This document shows, piece after piece, positions 48,266 through 58,005 of a DNA stretch of 64,000 bases. A model generated the notes under the pieces. That model was not told where the DNA came from, ran no database searches, and saw only the letters and a list, made by a program, of their open reading frames with translations. The stretch lies in the IMG/VR virus record IMGVR_UViG_3300027810_000002, positions 111,163-175,162 of that record; one strand, written 5' to 3'. This stretch comes from a virus. The position numbers were made by a program, and so were the translations under genes. The stretch's first letter is position 1, and the number at the start of each line of letters is the position of its first letter.

Positions 48266-48884
48266 GGTACTCTGTAATTTTTGCAACTGCTTCTTCTGCA
48301 GTATCTACAACTCTAAATAAATCAAAATCTCTTTTGCTTATTGCACCGTGTTCCCATAGCGTATTTTGCATCCAATCAATTAATCCTTTCCAGTATTTTT
48401 GACCTACCAGAACTATTGGATATTTTACATTGTGTCCACATTGTGCAAGAGTGATGGCCTCAAATAACTCATCTAAAGTGCCAACGCCGCCTGGAAATAT
48501 CACAAATGCCTGTGAGTATTTAAGGAACATCACCTTGCGAGTAAAGAAATATCTATTCTCAACCCCTAAATCTACGTATTCATTCATGCTTGCTTCGAAT
48601 GGTAATTCAATACCTACTCCGATAGATTTTCCACCAGCATTATGTGCTCCTTTGTTAGCAGCTTCCATAATTCCTGGACCTCCACCTGTAATAACTCCGT
48701 ATCCAGCTTCAACCAATAATCTACCGATCTTTTCTGCTTCTTTATATATTGGATTTGTTGAAAGAGTTCTGGCGCTTCCAAAAACAGAAACGCAAGATCC
48801 TAATTCATTAAATGTATCGAATCCCTTTGTGAATTCTCCTTGTATTCTTAAAATCTGCCACGCATCTTCTGCTTTATTTATCAT
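48231..48884 (-). CDS. LOG-family (TIGR00730) nucleotide phosphoribohydrolase
   Basis: VFGSAR, TGGGPGIMEA, YFFTRK, PGGVGTLDE. Confidence 0.92.
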   Translation of the reverse strand: MINKAEDAWQILRIQGEFTKGFDTFNELGSCVSVFGSARTLSTNPIYKEAEKIGRLLVEAGYGVITGGGPGIMEAANKGAHNAGGKSIGVGIELPFEASMNEYVDLGVENRYFFTRKVMFLKYSQAFVIFPGGVGTLDELFEAITLAQCGHNVKYPIVLVGQKYWKGLIDWMQNTLWEHGAISKRDFDLFRVVDTAEEAVAKITEYHEKNKSTETNF

Positions 48885-49635
48885 CTGGGTATTTTTCTTT
48901 AAATAGTTTTAATCTTCTTTGAAATTCTTTAAAGTAATATTTAATATCATCTACTGTTAATTTGAATATCTGTGGAATTGAATCTTCTTCATTTGCAATC
49001 CAAATCTCAACACCATCCGGTTTTTGACCACTTCTTTCCCAGTATGCAATAAAGTATGAAGAACCTTGTACAAAATAATCTTGCACCCATTCTTCGCGTT
49101 TTGGTCTTCTTGAATTTTTATAATCAATTACTAATACACTACCGTCTGTCATTTCTGAAATATTATCGACAGTACCTGCATATCCTTGTTTGGACCATAA
49201 GAAATTCTCTGCAGCGATAACCTTTTTAACTCTATCGAAAAACTGGCTGGAATTAAAATAGAACTTCATAAACATCTCCCAACCGCTTGCTAACCATATT
49301 GCTCCATTTTCTTCAGTAGCGTATTGATTAACTTCCTCATCGGTTGAGGCTTGTATTCTAAGCTCTTCTAATCTTTCTTTCTTAGTACCTTCAGTTGCTT
49401 TATACAACTCTACCAGGCGGTGCATGATAGTACCTCGATTCATTGAAAGTTCACTTATTCTTTTTGCTTCAGATTCTCCAACCCTTTTTCTCCACTTTTC
49501 TAGTCCAGCAGTTTTATCGCTAGTTTCTCCAAGAACTGTTGTGATTGATGGATATGTTCCTATAATAGTTCCATCTTCCGACGTCACCTGATAGTGCCTA
49601 AGGCCGTGCTTCTCAACACGTACAATAGATTCCAT
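48874..49635 (-). CDS. PD-(D/E)xK exonuclease
   Basis: YPSITTVL, RGTIMH, YAGTVD, IDYKNS, Q..SY. Confidence 0.85.
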   Translation of the reverse strand: MESIVRVEKHGLRHYQVTSEDGTIIGTYPSITTVLGETSDKTAGLEKWRKRVGESEAKRISELSMNRGTIMHRLVELYKATEGTKKERLEELRIQASTDEEVNQYATEENGAIWLASGWEMFMKFYFNSSQFFDRVKKVIAAENFLWSKQGYAGTVDNISEMTDGSVLVIDYKNSRRPKREEWVQDYFVQGSSYFIAYWERSGQKPDGVEIWIANEEDSIPQIFKLTVDDIKYYFKEFQRRLKLFKEKYPDDK

Positions 49636-50057
49636 TAAATAAATAAGTTAACAAGCTGGACAATACCATAAATAGTACCACCAACTAGACCTGCGAATAA
49701 AATATTTCTGATAAAAGAGTACATATTGAAATCGTCATTTTCCGGATATAAAACCACAAGGTACGATTCTGCACTTAATTTACTTATTTCAGGAAAAGCA
49801 TCATTTGATAAACCATACTTAATTAAGATCTTATTAATAGGTCCTAATTGTTGAAACACGAAAGATTGTTGAACAACCTCAGGTTGATTAAGAAATTCTT
49901 CTTTTAAATTTATAACTGTATAAATTCTACCAATCCAATCTACTCGAAGGTTTTCTTTTTCTAATTCTGCTTTAATTGACTTTACAGCTCTGTAATATTT
50001 TATTGTGAACAATGCTTCAATAAAGAAGTTTGGCCAGTACATTAGTATTTTCTTCAT
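49635..50057 (-). CDS. Hypothetical membrane protein
   Basis: 140 aa, C-terminal TM. Confidence 0.65.
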   Translation of the reverse strand: MKKILMYWPNFFIEALFTIKYYRAVKSIKAELEKENLRVDWIGRIYTVINLKEEFLNQPEVVQQSFVFQQLGPINKILIKYGLSNDAFPEISKLSAESYLVVLYPENDDFNMYSFIRNILFAGLVGGTIYGIVQLVNLFI

Positions 50058-50089
50058 ATTAATTATATACTGATTTTACGTTTTGTTTA

Positions 50090-50995
50090 TTATGCAAATA
50101 ATTTGCTTAGAAAAGATTTAACTTTGCTTGATTTAATCTCACTTGAGTTTATAATCGCTCGGCCTTCTTGTGATTCCCAATCTCGATCTTCTCTAACATT
50201 ATCGTTCGTTTTTAATGTACCTCTCAATACATGAACTGGTACTCCAGATTGTGCTGCAATATAGCACATTGCATTTAGATCTTTTGGAAAACAATGTCCT
50301 CCGAATCCTCTATCACCATCAGGTCCTGGAACCATCCAATGTGAATTACCTAATCTTGGATCTAATATTGCAAGATCTTTAGCGGCATCATAATTAATAT
50401 CGTTCTCCTCGCAAATATCATATATTTCATTTGCAAAACTAACTTTAACAGAAAGAAACGTGTTAGTAATATATTTACACATTTCAGCCTCTTTAGAATT
50501 AACAACTGGTATTAATGCGTTTGGAAATACTTTTCTAAATACAGCAACAACATCAGTAGCTTGATAACTATCACAAGTTCCTATAATAATTCTATTTTGA
50601 TTTTTAAAATCATTAACAGCGTTCGCTTCAGTTAAGAATTCAGGATTGAATATAACTTCACTATAAGAAACAATACCATTAAGATATTCAGTAGTACCGG
50701 GTGGCACTGTTGATTTAATAATTAAAGTTGGATTAGAACCTACATCGGCAGCTAATTCATCAATTTCAAGTATTACTTCTTCTACAATTGAAATTGAAGC
50801 TTCACCTGTCCTAGCGTCCATTGGGGTTGGAACACATATGAAAATAATCTCTGCGTTTTTGACAACACCTTCTAGATCAGTGTTCGACTTACTATCATTA
50901 TACTTGTCATATAAAAATAATTCGTAATGTTCTTTAAAACCTTGTTTGATTGCTCCTCCAACAAAACCTTGTCCAATAATACCTATTTTCTTCAT
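50090..50995 (-). CDS. UDP-glucose/GDP-mannose dehydrogenase family (short form)
   Basis: GQGFVG, CVPTP, IKSTVPPGTT, FNPEFL, GFGGHCFPKD. Confidence 0.9.
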   Translation of the reverse strand: MKKIGIIGQGFVGGAIKQGFKEHYELFLYDKYNDSKSNTDLEGVVKNAEIIFICVPTPMDARTGEASISIVEEVILEIDELAADVGSNPTLIIKSTVPPGTTEYLNGIVSYSEVIFNPEFLTEANAVNDFKNQNRIIIGTCDSYQATDVVAVFRKVFPNALIPVVNSKEAEMCKYITNTFLSVKVSFANEIYDICEENDINYDAAKDLAILDPRLGNSHWMVPGPDGDRGFGGHCFPKDLNAMCYIAAQSGVPVHVLRGTLKTNDNVREDRDWESQEGRAIINSSEIKSSKVKSFLSKLFA

Positions 50996-51062
50996 AATAT
51001 TGTTTTAAATTATATATGTTATATTAAAAAATATAAAATAGTTTCATGAAAAATACTTGTAA

Positions 51063-51704
51063 TTACCAGTCCTTGGTATGCTCTTGTCCGTCTACCCATG
51101 AAAACATTCTAGTGTCTTCAACATCGTGTAATACTACAGTCTTACTGTTAATTTCCCAGTTATAAAAATACTCATAACCAAAACATGCAATATCTGGTTC
51201 TATTATTGAAATGATTTTATCTGAGAATGTTTTACATCCATGTGCCCATGTTAGGCTCTTGTAAACTGATAGTATTTCCATAACGGTTCTAGATCCAGGC
51301 GCAGATCCATACACGGTACAATCAAATAAAGTATTATTAGATTGAGTCGGTTTTAATCCAGTTAAAAAAGTATGTGATGGTAGTAATTTATCTCTAACTA
51401 CATCAAATGGTCTAATAGGTTTTGCATCAACATCACAATAAATTCCACCATAATCTCTTAACAGCAGCATTCTAATTCTGTCAGCGATAAACGCCCACTT
51501 GTATATTTCTGGATTCTTTACATAGTTTTGTAAAAACGGATCGTCTTTATATACTTCTGTAAATACTTCGTTTCCCCACAGATGGTGTTCCCAATCTGGG
51601 TGCATGTCTTTCATTTCACGAACAAACTGCTTACAGTGTTCTGGCATTTCTCCTCCACCTAACCAAATTTGGTGGATTATCTTTGGTATTTTAATTTCGT
51701 CCAT
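51063..51704 (-). CDS. GT32/OCH1-type DxD glycosyltransferase
   Basis: IPKIIHQIW, ADRIR, YGGIYCDVD. Confidence 0.88.
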   Translation of the reverse strand: MDEIKIPKIIHQIWLGGGEMPEHCKQFVREMKDMHPDWEHHLWGNEVFTEVYKDDPFLQNYVKNPEIYKWAFIADRIRMLLLRDYGGIYCDVDAKPIRPFDVVRDKLLPSHTFLTGLKPTQSNNTLFDCTVYGSAPGSRTVMEILSVYKSLTWAHGCKTFSDKIISIIEPDIACFGYEYFYNWEINSKTVVLHDVEDTRMFSWVDGQEHTKDW

Positions 51705-52566
51705 TCTTGTTTACTTTTCCGGTTGATTTTCGTGTTGTTGTATTTGTTCTTGTTGGTCTTGTATTTGTTCTAACTGGTCTAACATTGTTTGGAATATTAT
51801 TAACCGGTCTTGTATTCGTTCTTATTGGCGGTTTTACGTCAGATCTTCTTATAGGTGTTCTAATAATTCTTACATTACTTGGAATTGATGTCCTAGTTGG
51901 TCTAACATTCTTTGGTAATGTTCGCGTTCTTGTAGGTCTAGTTCTAATAACTCGAGTTGGTGTGTTAGTTCTTGTTGATCTTGTTCTAGGTGAAAAGCTA
52001 TTTCTTCTACTATTTATATTAGATCTTCTCCATTGGTATGGTACGTAATTATTATTCCATCCATAATATCCGTAGTTACCATAATATCCGTAATGTGCAT
52101 TACCCATCCAAGGTGACCAATTGTTGCCCCAGTATTGATATTGGTTTCTAGGATTCCACATCCAATTATTGTTCCAGTGATTCATTCCTCCCCAATTTGA
52201 ATTCCATTGAGAACCAGATAAAAAACCATGTGATGGTCTACAGAATGCCGGTGAATAACTAAAATCAGTCCAATCGTTTAAATCATGAAAACCATGATGT
52301 CTACAGTGAATCCAATTTCCACCAAATGATAGTCCTAAATCCCATGGATCTAGAGTGGCAAACGCTTGATGCGTTGTTTTAATAACAGTCGTTTGAATTT
52401 CAACGGGCTGCTGGTATTTTGATTGAACCTGCATAGTTCCTAATCTAAAGTCTAGAGACTTACAACCAAGCATTAACATTGCAAGGATTCCTATAGCAAT
52501 TGTCTTTAATACTATACTTACTTTTTCTTCTATGCTAAATCTATTAAAAAATGTTTTCATATACAT
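51691..52566 (-). CDS. Lipoprotein with Trp/Asn-rich middle and Arg/Thr-rich disordered tail
   Basis: LMLGC lipobox; low-complexity tail of a type common in Bacteroidota lipoproteins. Confidence 0.6.
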   Translation of the reverse strand: MYMKTFFNRFSIEEKVSIVLKTIAIGILAMLMLGCKSLDFRLGTMQVQSKYQQPVEIQTTVIKTTHQAFATLDPWDLGLSFGGNWIHCRHHGFHDLNDWTDFSYSPAFCRPSHGFLSGSQWNSNWGGMNHWNNNWMWNPRNQYQYWGNNWSPWMGNAHYGYYGNYGYYGWNNNYVPYQWRRSNINSRRNSFSPRTRSTRTNTPTRVIRTRPTRTRTLPKNVRPTRTSIPSNVRIIRTPIRRSDVKPPIRTNTRPVNNIPNNVRPVRTNTRPTRTNTTTRKSTGKVNKNGRN

Positions 52567-52606
52567 TATATATCATTATCAATATTTGTTTACGTTTTTA
52601 AACAAC

Positions 52607-52633
52607 AAAAGACCGGGGATTTCCCGGTCTTTT
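52607..52633. terminator. Terminator hairpin
   Basis: AAAAGACCGGG-gattt-CCCGGTCTTTT. Confidence 0.8.
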
Positions 52634-52657
52634 ATATAGATTAAGCTAAGTTTAAAC

Positions 52658-52837
52658 TTAAGCTTTATTCGCGTCAGATACCGCAACTCTTACGTCTTGT
52701 GCTAATCCTTTAACTGTTTGCATCGCTTTACGAACTCTTGTTCCTGCAGCTTTGTTTCCTTTTTCATCGAATTTTGCAACGTCAGTTCCAATTTCAGCGA
52801 TTACTTCTTCTAATGTGTTGATTAATTCTTGTATCAT
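52658..52837 (-). CDS. Histone H1-like Hc1 family protein (59 aa; not in ORF track)
   Basis: MIQELINTLEEVIAEIGTDVAKFDEKGNKAAGTRVRKAMQTVKGLAQDVRVAVSDANKA; own promoter and terminator. Confidence 0.85.
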   Translation of the reverse strand: MIQELINTLEEVIAEIGTDVAKFDEKGNKAAGTRVRKAMQTVKGLAQDVRVAVSDANKA

Positions 52838-52920
52838 AATTTAAATTTTATTAATAATTCTAGATTTATATAAGATAAAGTTAAATAGTTTCAATATATT
52901 TTAATTAATTATAATTTTTA

Positions 52921-53145
52921 TTAAAGTATAACTGTTTTTCCTTCTGAGATATATCCTATAATTTGTTTTGTGCTTCTCTTTCTTACTGAGGTAACGTACT
53001 GTATTGGGCTTTTAATATTTGTGTATTCTACAACATATCCATCGTATATAATAGTAACTGTTTCTCCACCCGGCTCGAGTGATAGAACGTTAGTCCTCAT
53101 ATCAGAAGTTGGCGTGTACTTATGTTTTTTTGAAGATGTTGTCAT
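52921..53145 (-). CDS. Hypothetical protein
   Basis: 74 aa. Confidence 0.6.
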   Translation of the reverse strand: MTTSSKKHKYTPTSDMRTNVLSLEPGGETVTIIYDGYVVEYTNIKSPIQYVTSVRKRSTKQIIGYISEGKTVIL

Positions 53146-53147
53146 TT

Positions 53148-53897
53148 CTAAACTAATTTGTTTCCGTGTTTCCAGTGTGCTCTATCGTATAACCTATTAT
53201 TATTTGGAGTTTTACTGTAATAATAAAATGCTAAGCTTCTTCTGCTTTCTCCAGGAGGGCACTTCAGAGGTTCTGGGTGTCCATGTGGAGCATCTTCAAT
53301 ATTAAACATAATAGCTCTACCATATTTAGGTTGCAGTGTCTTAAAATCTTCTGTCAAATCTGATTTCCAAAGTTCTAATGCTCCCTGCCAAGCATCTTCC
53401 CATTCTTCGTTTAAGTATATTAATAGGTTAACTTTACGATACATTCTCACAGGATCAATATCATCCTTATAATTAAAATCATGATGAATATTTAAGAGTC
53501 CACCGGGATATGTGACATGAAATCCTCCACCCTCAAGTCCAGGGTCTGGTGATAGATCTTCAATCCCAGTTAACTGGCGCATAAATTCCATAAATTCATC
53601 ACTATTAAAATACCTACACAACAAGTTCATATAGAATGGCATTTTTTCAAGATCTCTAATACCTCTCTTGAATACCTGATCACTGTGGTCGATTGCGTCG
53701 TTCCATTGCTTTGATCCCATTCGCCATTCGCTTGTTTCTGCGTCTTCTTCATTCACTAGAAACTTTGCTTCTCGTGCAACATCATCTAATATAGTTTTAT
53801 TTACAAAATCATTAAATACAATGTGTGGGAATTCTGCTGCAGTATTGTATGTTGTCGTGAGGGATGCCGCTGCTACGTTTATTTCTGGATTAATCAT
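53148..53897 (-). CDS. 2OG-Fe(II) oxygenase
   Basis: GGGFH, LNIHHDFN (HxD), NLLIYLN, HGHP, RRSLAFYYY. Confidence 0.9.
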   Translation of the reverse strand: MINPEINVAAASLTTTYNTAAEFPHIVFNDFVNKTILDDVAREAKFLVNEEDAETSEWRMGSKQWNDAIDHSDQVFKRGIRDLEKMPFYMNLLCRYFNSDEFMEFMRQLTGIEDLSPDPGLEGGGFHVTYPGGLLNIHHDFNYKDDIDPVRMYRKVNLLIYLNEEWEDAWQGALELWKSDLTEDFKTLQPKYGRAIMFNIEDAPHGHPEPLKCPPGESRRSLAFYYYSKTPNNNRLYDRAHWKHGNKLV

Positions 53898-54107
53898 TTA
53901 TTTCTTTTTCTTTTTAGTTTTGTTTTTAGGTTGTTGTGAAATTTCGTGGTAAGAATCTTTATCCTTAATACATTTTTCACAATAAGGAGTTCTATAATAT
54001 CCTTTGTCTGGCTGTCCTCTGTGCATTTGCCGAGTTACTGTATATAAATCATTATCTGGAAATTCAGTAATACATCCGCTACATATTGTTATTCTTGCTC
54101 TTGCCAT
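53898..54107 (-). CDS. Small Zn-finger-like protein
   Basis: CSGC...CEKC. Confidence 0.6.
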   Translation of the reverse strand: MARARITICSGCITEFPDNDLYTVTRQMHRGQPDKGYYRTPYCEKCIKDKDSYHEISQQPKNKTKKKKK

Positions 54108-54787
54108 TGTTCTAAGTGTTTTTCCATTTTAGATAAATTCATTGTGATATCTTTCGGGAAGTGATCAGGTGCAGAGGATTCTTTTACACTTGGTTTTGTT
54201 ATTTTAGCTAAATCAAACATTGATTTAACTGGAGTTCCAATATTGTATAATCCACTAGCTCCACTTCTTACCATTTCTACCAAGATATCCGCAATCACGT
54301 CTGGATAATCAAAATTTCCATATACGTTTGTGAATGCACTTTCATAAGGAAATGGATCCTCCTTCTGAGCCCCTCTAAGAATTAAATAATCATTAGAGTG
54401 TTTCATTATATACTCATCTGCAAGTACCTTAGACATTGCGTATGGCGTTGTGGGTTTGGTCTTATCGGTTTCTTTTGCATTAGTTTTAGAATTCTCATAA
54501 ACATAATCCGTAGAAAAATGAACCAACTTGATATTTTTTTTATTACAATAGTCTACTAAACTAATTACCGCTCGATAATTAGTTTCAAACATTCCATTAA
54601 TATCATTACTATATGTATCTGTATTTGCTATCAGATTGACGGCACATGTTATTCCGTTCGGTATATTTCCTTTCCAAGTAGATTTCTTATTGATATTAAA
54701 ACCATGTTCTCTCCTTGAAAGATATTGCCACCCGCTTGCACCAATTACAGCACTTCCTAATAAACCATCACCTAAAACTAAATTCAT
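54089..54787 (-). CDS. RmlD-like NDP-sugar reductase (SDR)
   Basis: GDGLLG, HFSTDYVY, YAMSK (YxxxK). Confidence 0.85.
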   Translation of the reverse strand: MNLVLGDGLLGSAVIGASGWQYLSRREHGFNINKKSTWKGNIPNGITCAVNLIANTDTYSNDINGMFETNYRAVISLVDYCNKKNIKLVHFSTDYVYENSKTNAKETDKTKPTTPYAMSKVLADEYIMKHSNDYLILRGAQKEDPFPYESAFTNVYGNFDYPDVIADILVEMVRSGASGLYNIGTPVKSMFDLAKITKPSVKESSAPDHFPKDITMNLSKMEKHLEQWQEQE

Positions 54788-54798
54788 ACTAATTATAT

Positions 54799-56109
54799 TT
54801 AGAAATTTCTATTTGTTTCGTAAATTGCCTTAATCACTGGAAATCTTAAGGAATATCCTCCCTGTAAGTTTTCAGTTTCTTCAAAATACTGAACTGTAAT
54901 TGTTTTACCAATAATTTCTTCAGGGTTTTTAAAGTATTTTCTACGTTGTTCTTGAGAAAATCCACTACCAACCTGAACCTGACATCCTCTGTGTTCAATG
55001 ATAACATTCTTTAACATTTCCTCTTCAACTTCTTTACCTTCAACGATTACTCTGTTGATTGAGTTTTCAACGCCAACTACTAAATATTCGGCATCAACAA
55101 AAGTTTTAATCTTTAAAATATCTGAAGATCTTTTACCTTTATAAATTTCATTCTTACGAATCATTAGACCTTCCCATCCATATTTGTTAGCTTTAGCGAT
55201 TTGATCTTCTAATTGCTGATCATCTTCTACTACTTCTTGGCGAGTCATGGTTACATAGTTATTAAATGATTTTATGTAAATATCCATAAATGCATCTAGT
55301 GCTTCGTATCTTTTGCTTAATATATTTCTTGATGTTCCAGAATCAAAATTATCTGGGGTCAATATATCAAATGTAATTAATCTTGGAAATTCAATGGTAT
55401 GGTTTTTACGACCTATTTCCTTAATGATACTTTGAAAGTCCTCATCTCCTTTTTTATCTAAGATACAAATTTCTCCATCTAACACCACGTTCTTTGCGCC
55501 TGAATCTTTAATCACTTGGGCAATTTTGCCTAAAGTTTTAAATTCGTTACCGGCTCTTGAATAGAACTTAGCATCGCTATTTCCATCAATAATACAAATA
55601 CATCTTACACCATCTAATTTACGGCTAACATACCAGCCATCGTCCCAGTTTACTTTCTTTTTAGTCTTATCATTATAAGTATCTGCTAAAGCAACATCAA
55701 AGGTTGGTATCAATCCTGGTACTACCTTGTTAATCGTGGTTGCTGTCGTTCTGGTTTTGAGGTTTCCATCAATAATATTCCAAATGATGTCCTCGTATTC
55801 CTTATTTTCTAATACGAACCTGTTTACGTTTGCAATCGAATTGTGACCTGTTGTTACTCGATTATTTAAATCGTCAAGTAAACCAAAGAAATCTCCATAG
55901 GTATTTGGATGACCAAGAAGGTCACTCTTCTTTTTACAATTCTTTGAAGTTACATAGTATTGTTTATAAGGATCATATGTATATAGTAAGGCCTTACGAA
56001 CTACTTCGTATTGTGTGTATGTTTTTAATACTTCTAGTTTTTCTGTGTTTGAATTTGAAGAATTTGAAGCTTCGATGAAATCGTAAATTAATTGAAAGTC
56101 TGTTCGCAT
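54799..56109 (-). CDS. ATP-dependent DNA ligase
   Basis: RKLDGVR, LDGEI, FD, WEGLMIRK, LKIK, VGSGFS, SLRFP. Confidence 0.93.
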   Translation of the reverse strand: MRTDFQLIYDFIEASNSSNSNTEKLEVLKTYTQYEVVRKALLYTYDPYKQYYVTSKNCKKKSDLLGHPNTYGDFFGLLDDLNNRVTTGHNSIANVNRFVLENKEYEDIIWNIIDGNLKTRTTATTINKVVPGLIPTFDVALADTYNDKTKKKVNWDDGWYVSRKLDGVRCICIIDGNSDAKFYSRAGNEFKTLGKIAQVIKDSGAKNVVLDGEICILDKKGDEDFQSIIKEIGRKNHTIEFPRLITFDILTPDNFDSGTSRNILSKRYEALDAFMDIYIKSFNNYVTMTRQEVVEDDQQLEDQIAKANKYGWEGLMIRKNEIYKGKRSSDILKIKTFVDAEYLVVGVENSINRVIVEGKEVEEEMLKNVIIEHRGCQVQVGSGFSQEQRRKYFKNPEEIIGKTITVQYFEETENLQGGYSLRFPVIKAIYETNRNF

Positions 56110-56121
56110 ATGATGTTGTTT

Positions 56122-56171
56122 TTATTATATAGTAAATATAACACTTTTATTTGATATAAAAAAATCTAGGG
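56122..56171 (-). promoter_or_regulatory. Early promoter cassette upstream of ligase
   Basis: Reverse strand reads TTTTTTTATATCAAATAAAAGTGTTATATTTACTATA. Confidence 0.7.
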
Positions 56172-56729
56172 CTATTTATTTTCAAATAATTTACTTATTA
56201 ATTTATTTCTAATCTCTTTGATTTTCTTAGATTTAACTTCCTTAACTCCCCACGTCAAATCACTTTGAAAAATAGTACTTGTTTTAAATATAGTAGGAAT
56301 AACACTAAACTTTAATCGCATCCAAGTCGCATTAAAGCGAGTTCTCATCTTTTTTGAATGTTGTAGATAGAAATAAACTTCTTTCTTGTGTAATCTGCTT
56401 TTTGTTTTATTATTAATAATATCATAAGCAAATCCTTTATTTAATACTTGATCAAAGAATCCTTCCAGACCCGGCGAAATTCCACCTAGATTAACGTTAG
56501 ATATAAAATGAATATGATCTGCTGTTTTAATAAGATGCTTGTAGTGTCTTGCAATCAGGTTAGAGGCTGTTGCGTCAGTTGCCATTGGATTAAATTCATC
56601 TCGATACAAATCAACTACATCGCATTTAAAACCTCTCTTTGAATAAATTAATTTTATTGTAGGTGCTATTAATTTATGTGAAATTCCATGTGGATTAGGA
56701 TCCGAAACTATTATTATACCTTTAGCCAT
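56172..56729 (-). CDS. Divergent flavodoxin-2-like protein
   Basis: VDLYRDEFNP, LEGFFDQVLNKGFAY. Confidence 0.65.
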   Translation of the reverse strand: MAKGIIIVSDPNPHGISHKLIAPTIKLIYSKRGFKCDVVDLYRDEFNPMATDATASNLIARHYKHLIKTADHIHFISNVNLGGISPGLEGFFDQVLNKGFAYDIINNKTKSRLHKKEVYFYLQHSKKMRTRFNATWMRLKFSVIPTIFKTSTIFQSDLTWGVKEVKSKKIKEIRNKLISKLFENK

Positions 56730-56738
56730 AAACTTGAA

Positions 56739-57302
56739 TTAATCCCACCATGATTGTATATTTCTTTCGATCATTTTATGTAATGTCTTTCTTGCTCTTT
56801 CTTGATTTAAATATGCAACATTCATCGCAACCTTTCTCTTAAGTTCAAACTCGGATGCATCTGCATTATATTGTTTACCGAAAATACCCTCACCATTTAA
56901 TACTCTTTTGTGGATTAGTGGATATTTTTTAAAGAACTCATCATATCTTTCTGATATGTGATCAACGTCAAGAGTAGAACAACCATCACAATCACCAGGT
57001 TCTCTAATTACTACGGGTACAAAGTTATATATAACATCTTCATAATCAAAATATTCCATTGCATATTCTTCCTCACCTACAAGTTTCATTAACTTTAATG
57101 TAGTTCTGATTCTTTTAGCAGTATTCTTCGCACTAGTAGCACATGCCTTGTCTGATTCAAAATGATCAGCCATTCTTCCTAATTGATGTGCAAATAAATC
57201 AGTTGCATATTTATAGTCCCAATCATATCCCTTCCATATAATAGGTAAGAAATCTAATACTCTTTTAATTTGTCGGTATTTACGTCTGAACCAATATATC
57301 AT
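56739..57302 (-). CDS. Hypothetical phage protein
   Basis: 187 aa ending in WWD. Confidence 0.7.
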   Translation of the reverse strand: MIYWFRRKYRQIKRVLDFLPIIWKGYDWDYKYATDLFAHQLGRMADHFESDKACATSAKNTAKRIRTTLKLMKLVGEEEYAMEYFDYEDVIYNFVPVVIREPGDCDGCSTLDVDHISERYDEFFKKYPLIHKRVLNGEGIFGKQYNADASEFELKRKVAMNVAYLNQERARKTLHKMIERNIQSWWD

Positions 57303-57422
57303 TGTGTTTATTTTAATTCCATGTCTTTACAAGTACATTCTCCTTCGTCATTCCATTTTCCACAACATTCTTTCTTAACAGAGGATTCCTCTTCATTCCA
57401 CATATCATCCCAGTACACGAAA

Positions 57423-57650
57423 TCATTCTGCATCTTCTAACTTCTCAAATTTATATTTACCTTTAATTATACTATTTAAAGAGACTCCCTGTGAAGTTGC
57501 ATCTCTAAATGTATGGTAATCTATTTCCTCTACTCCTTTATATAAATAAGAACCGTGTTTGAAATTTACAAATAAATCCTTTGTTTCATATAAATAGGTT
57601 GAAGATTCTACTGTTGATGAATCGTATACGTTAGTTTGTGTTTTAATCAT
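57423..57650 (-). CDS. KTSC domain protein
   Basis: DSSTV..Y....LFVNF.HGSYLYKGV....F..ATSQG...N..IKGKY. Confidence 0.85.
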   Translation of the reverse strand: MIKTQTNVYDSSTVESSTYLYETKDLFVNFKHGSYLYKGVEEIDYHTFRDATSQGVSLNSIIKGKYKFEKLEDAE

Positions 57651-57652
57651 AA

Positions 57653-57964
57653 TTACGCGTTTATAACATTATCAACTAATTCTGATAGGGCTTCTCTTTT
57701 ACTTCCAACTGCTTTAGCAATTAACTCTCCTCCTACAAATCCTACGAATGTAGGTAAGTTTCGAACTACTGTGATTCCTCTTGATTCAACGAATTTCTCA
57801 GCGTCTGCGTATATAAAAACAATATCTTCATTTGCCGCTGCTAATTTCTTTACTTGAGGTTTCATTACCTTACATGCACCACACCATGATGCTCCGAACT
57901 GAACTACAACCTTTTTATTATCACTCACATGTTGTTGTAAATTATCTTCTGTTAATTCTATCAT
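57653..57964 (-). CDS. Thioredoxin-like protein
   Basis: FGASWCGACK, LPTF. Confidence 0.9.
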   Translation of the reverse strand: MIELTEDNLQQHVSDNKKVVVQFGASWCGACKVMKPQVKKLAAANEDIVFIYADAEKFVESRGITVVRNLPTFVGFVGGELIAKAVGSKREALSELVDNVINA

Positions 57965-58005
57965 AACTGTTTATTTGGATATTATATAATTGTTTGTGGA
58001 TTTGT

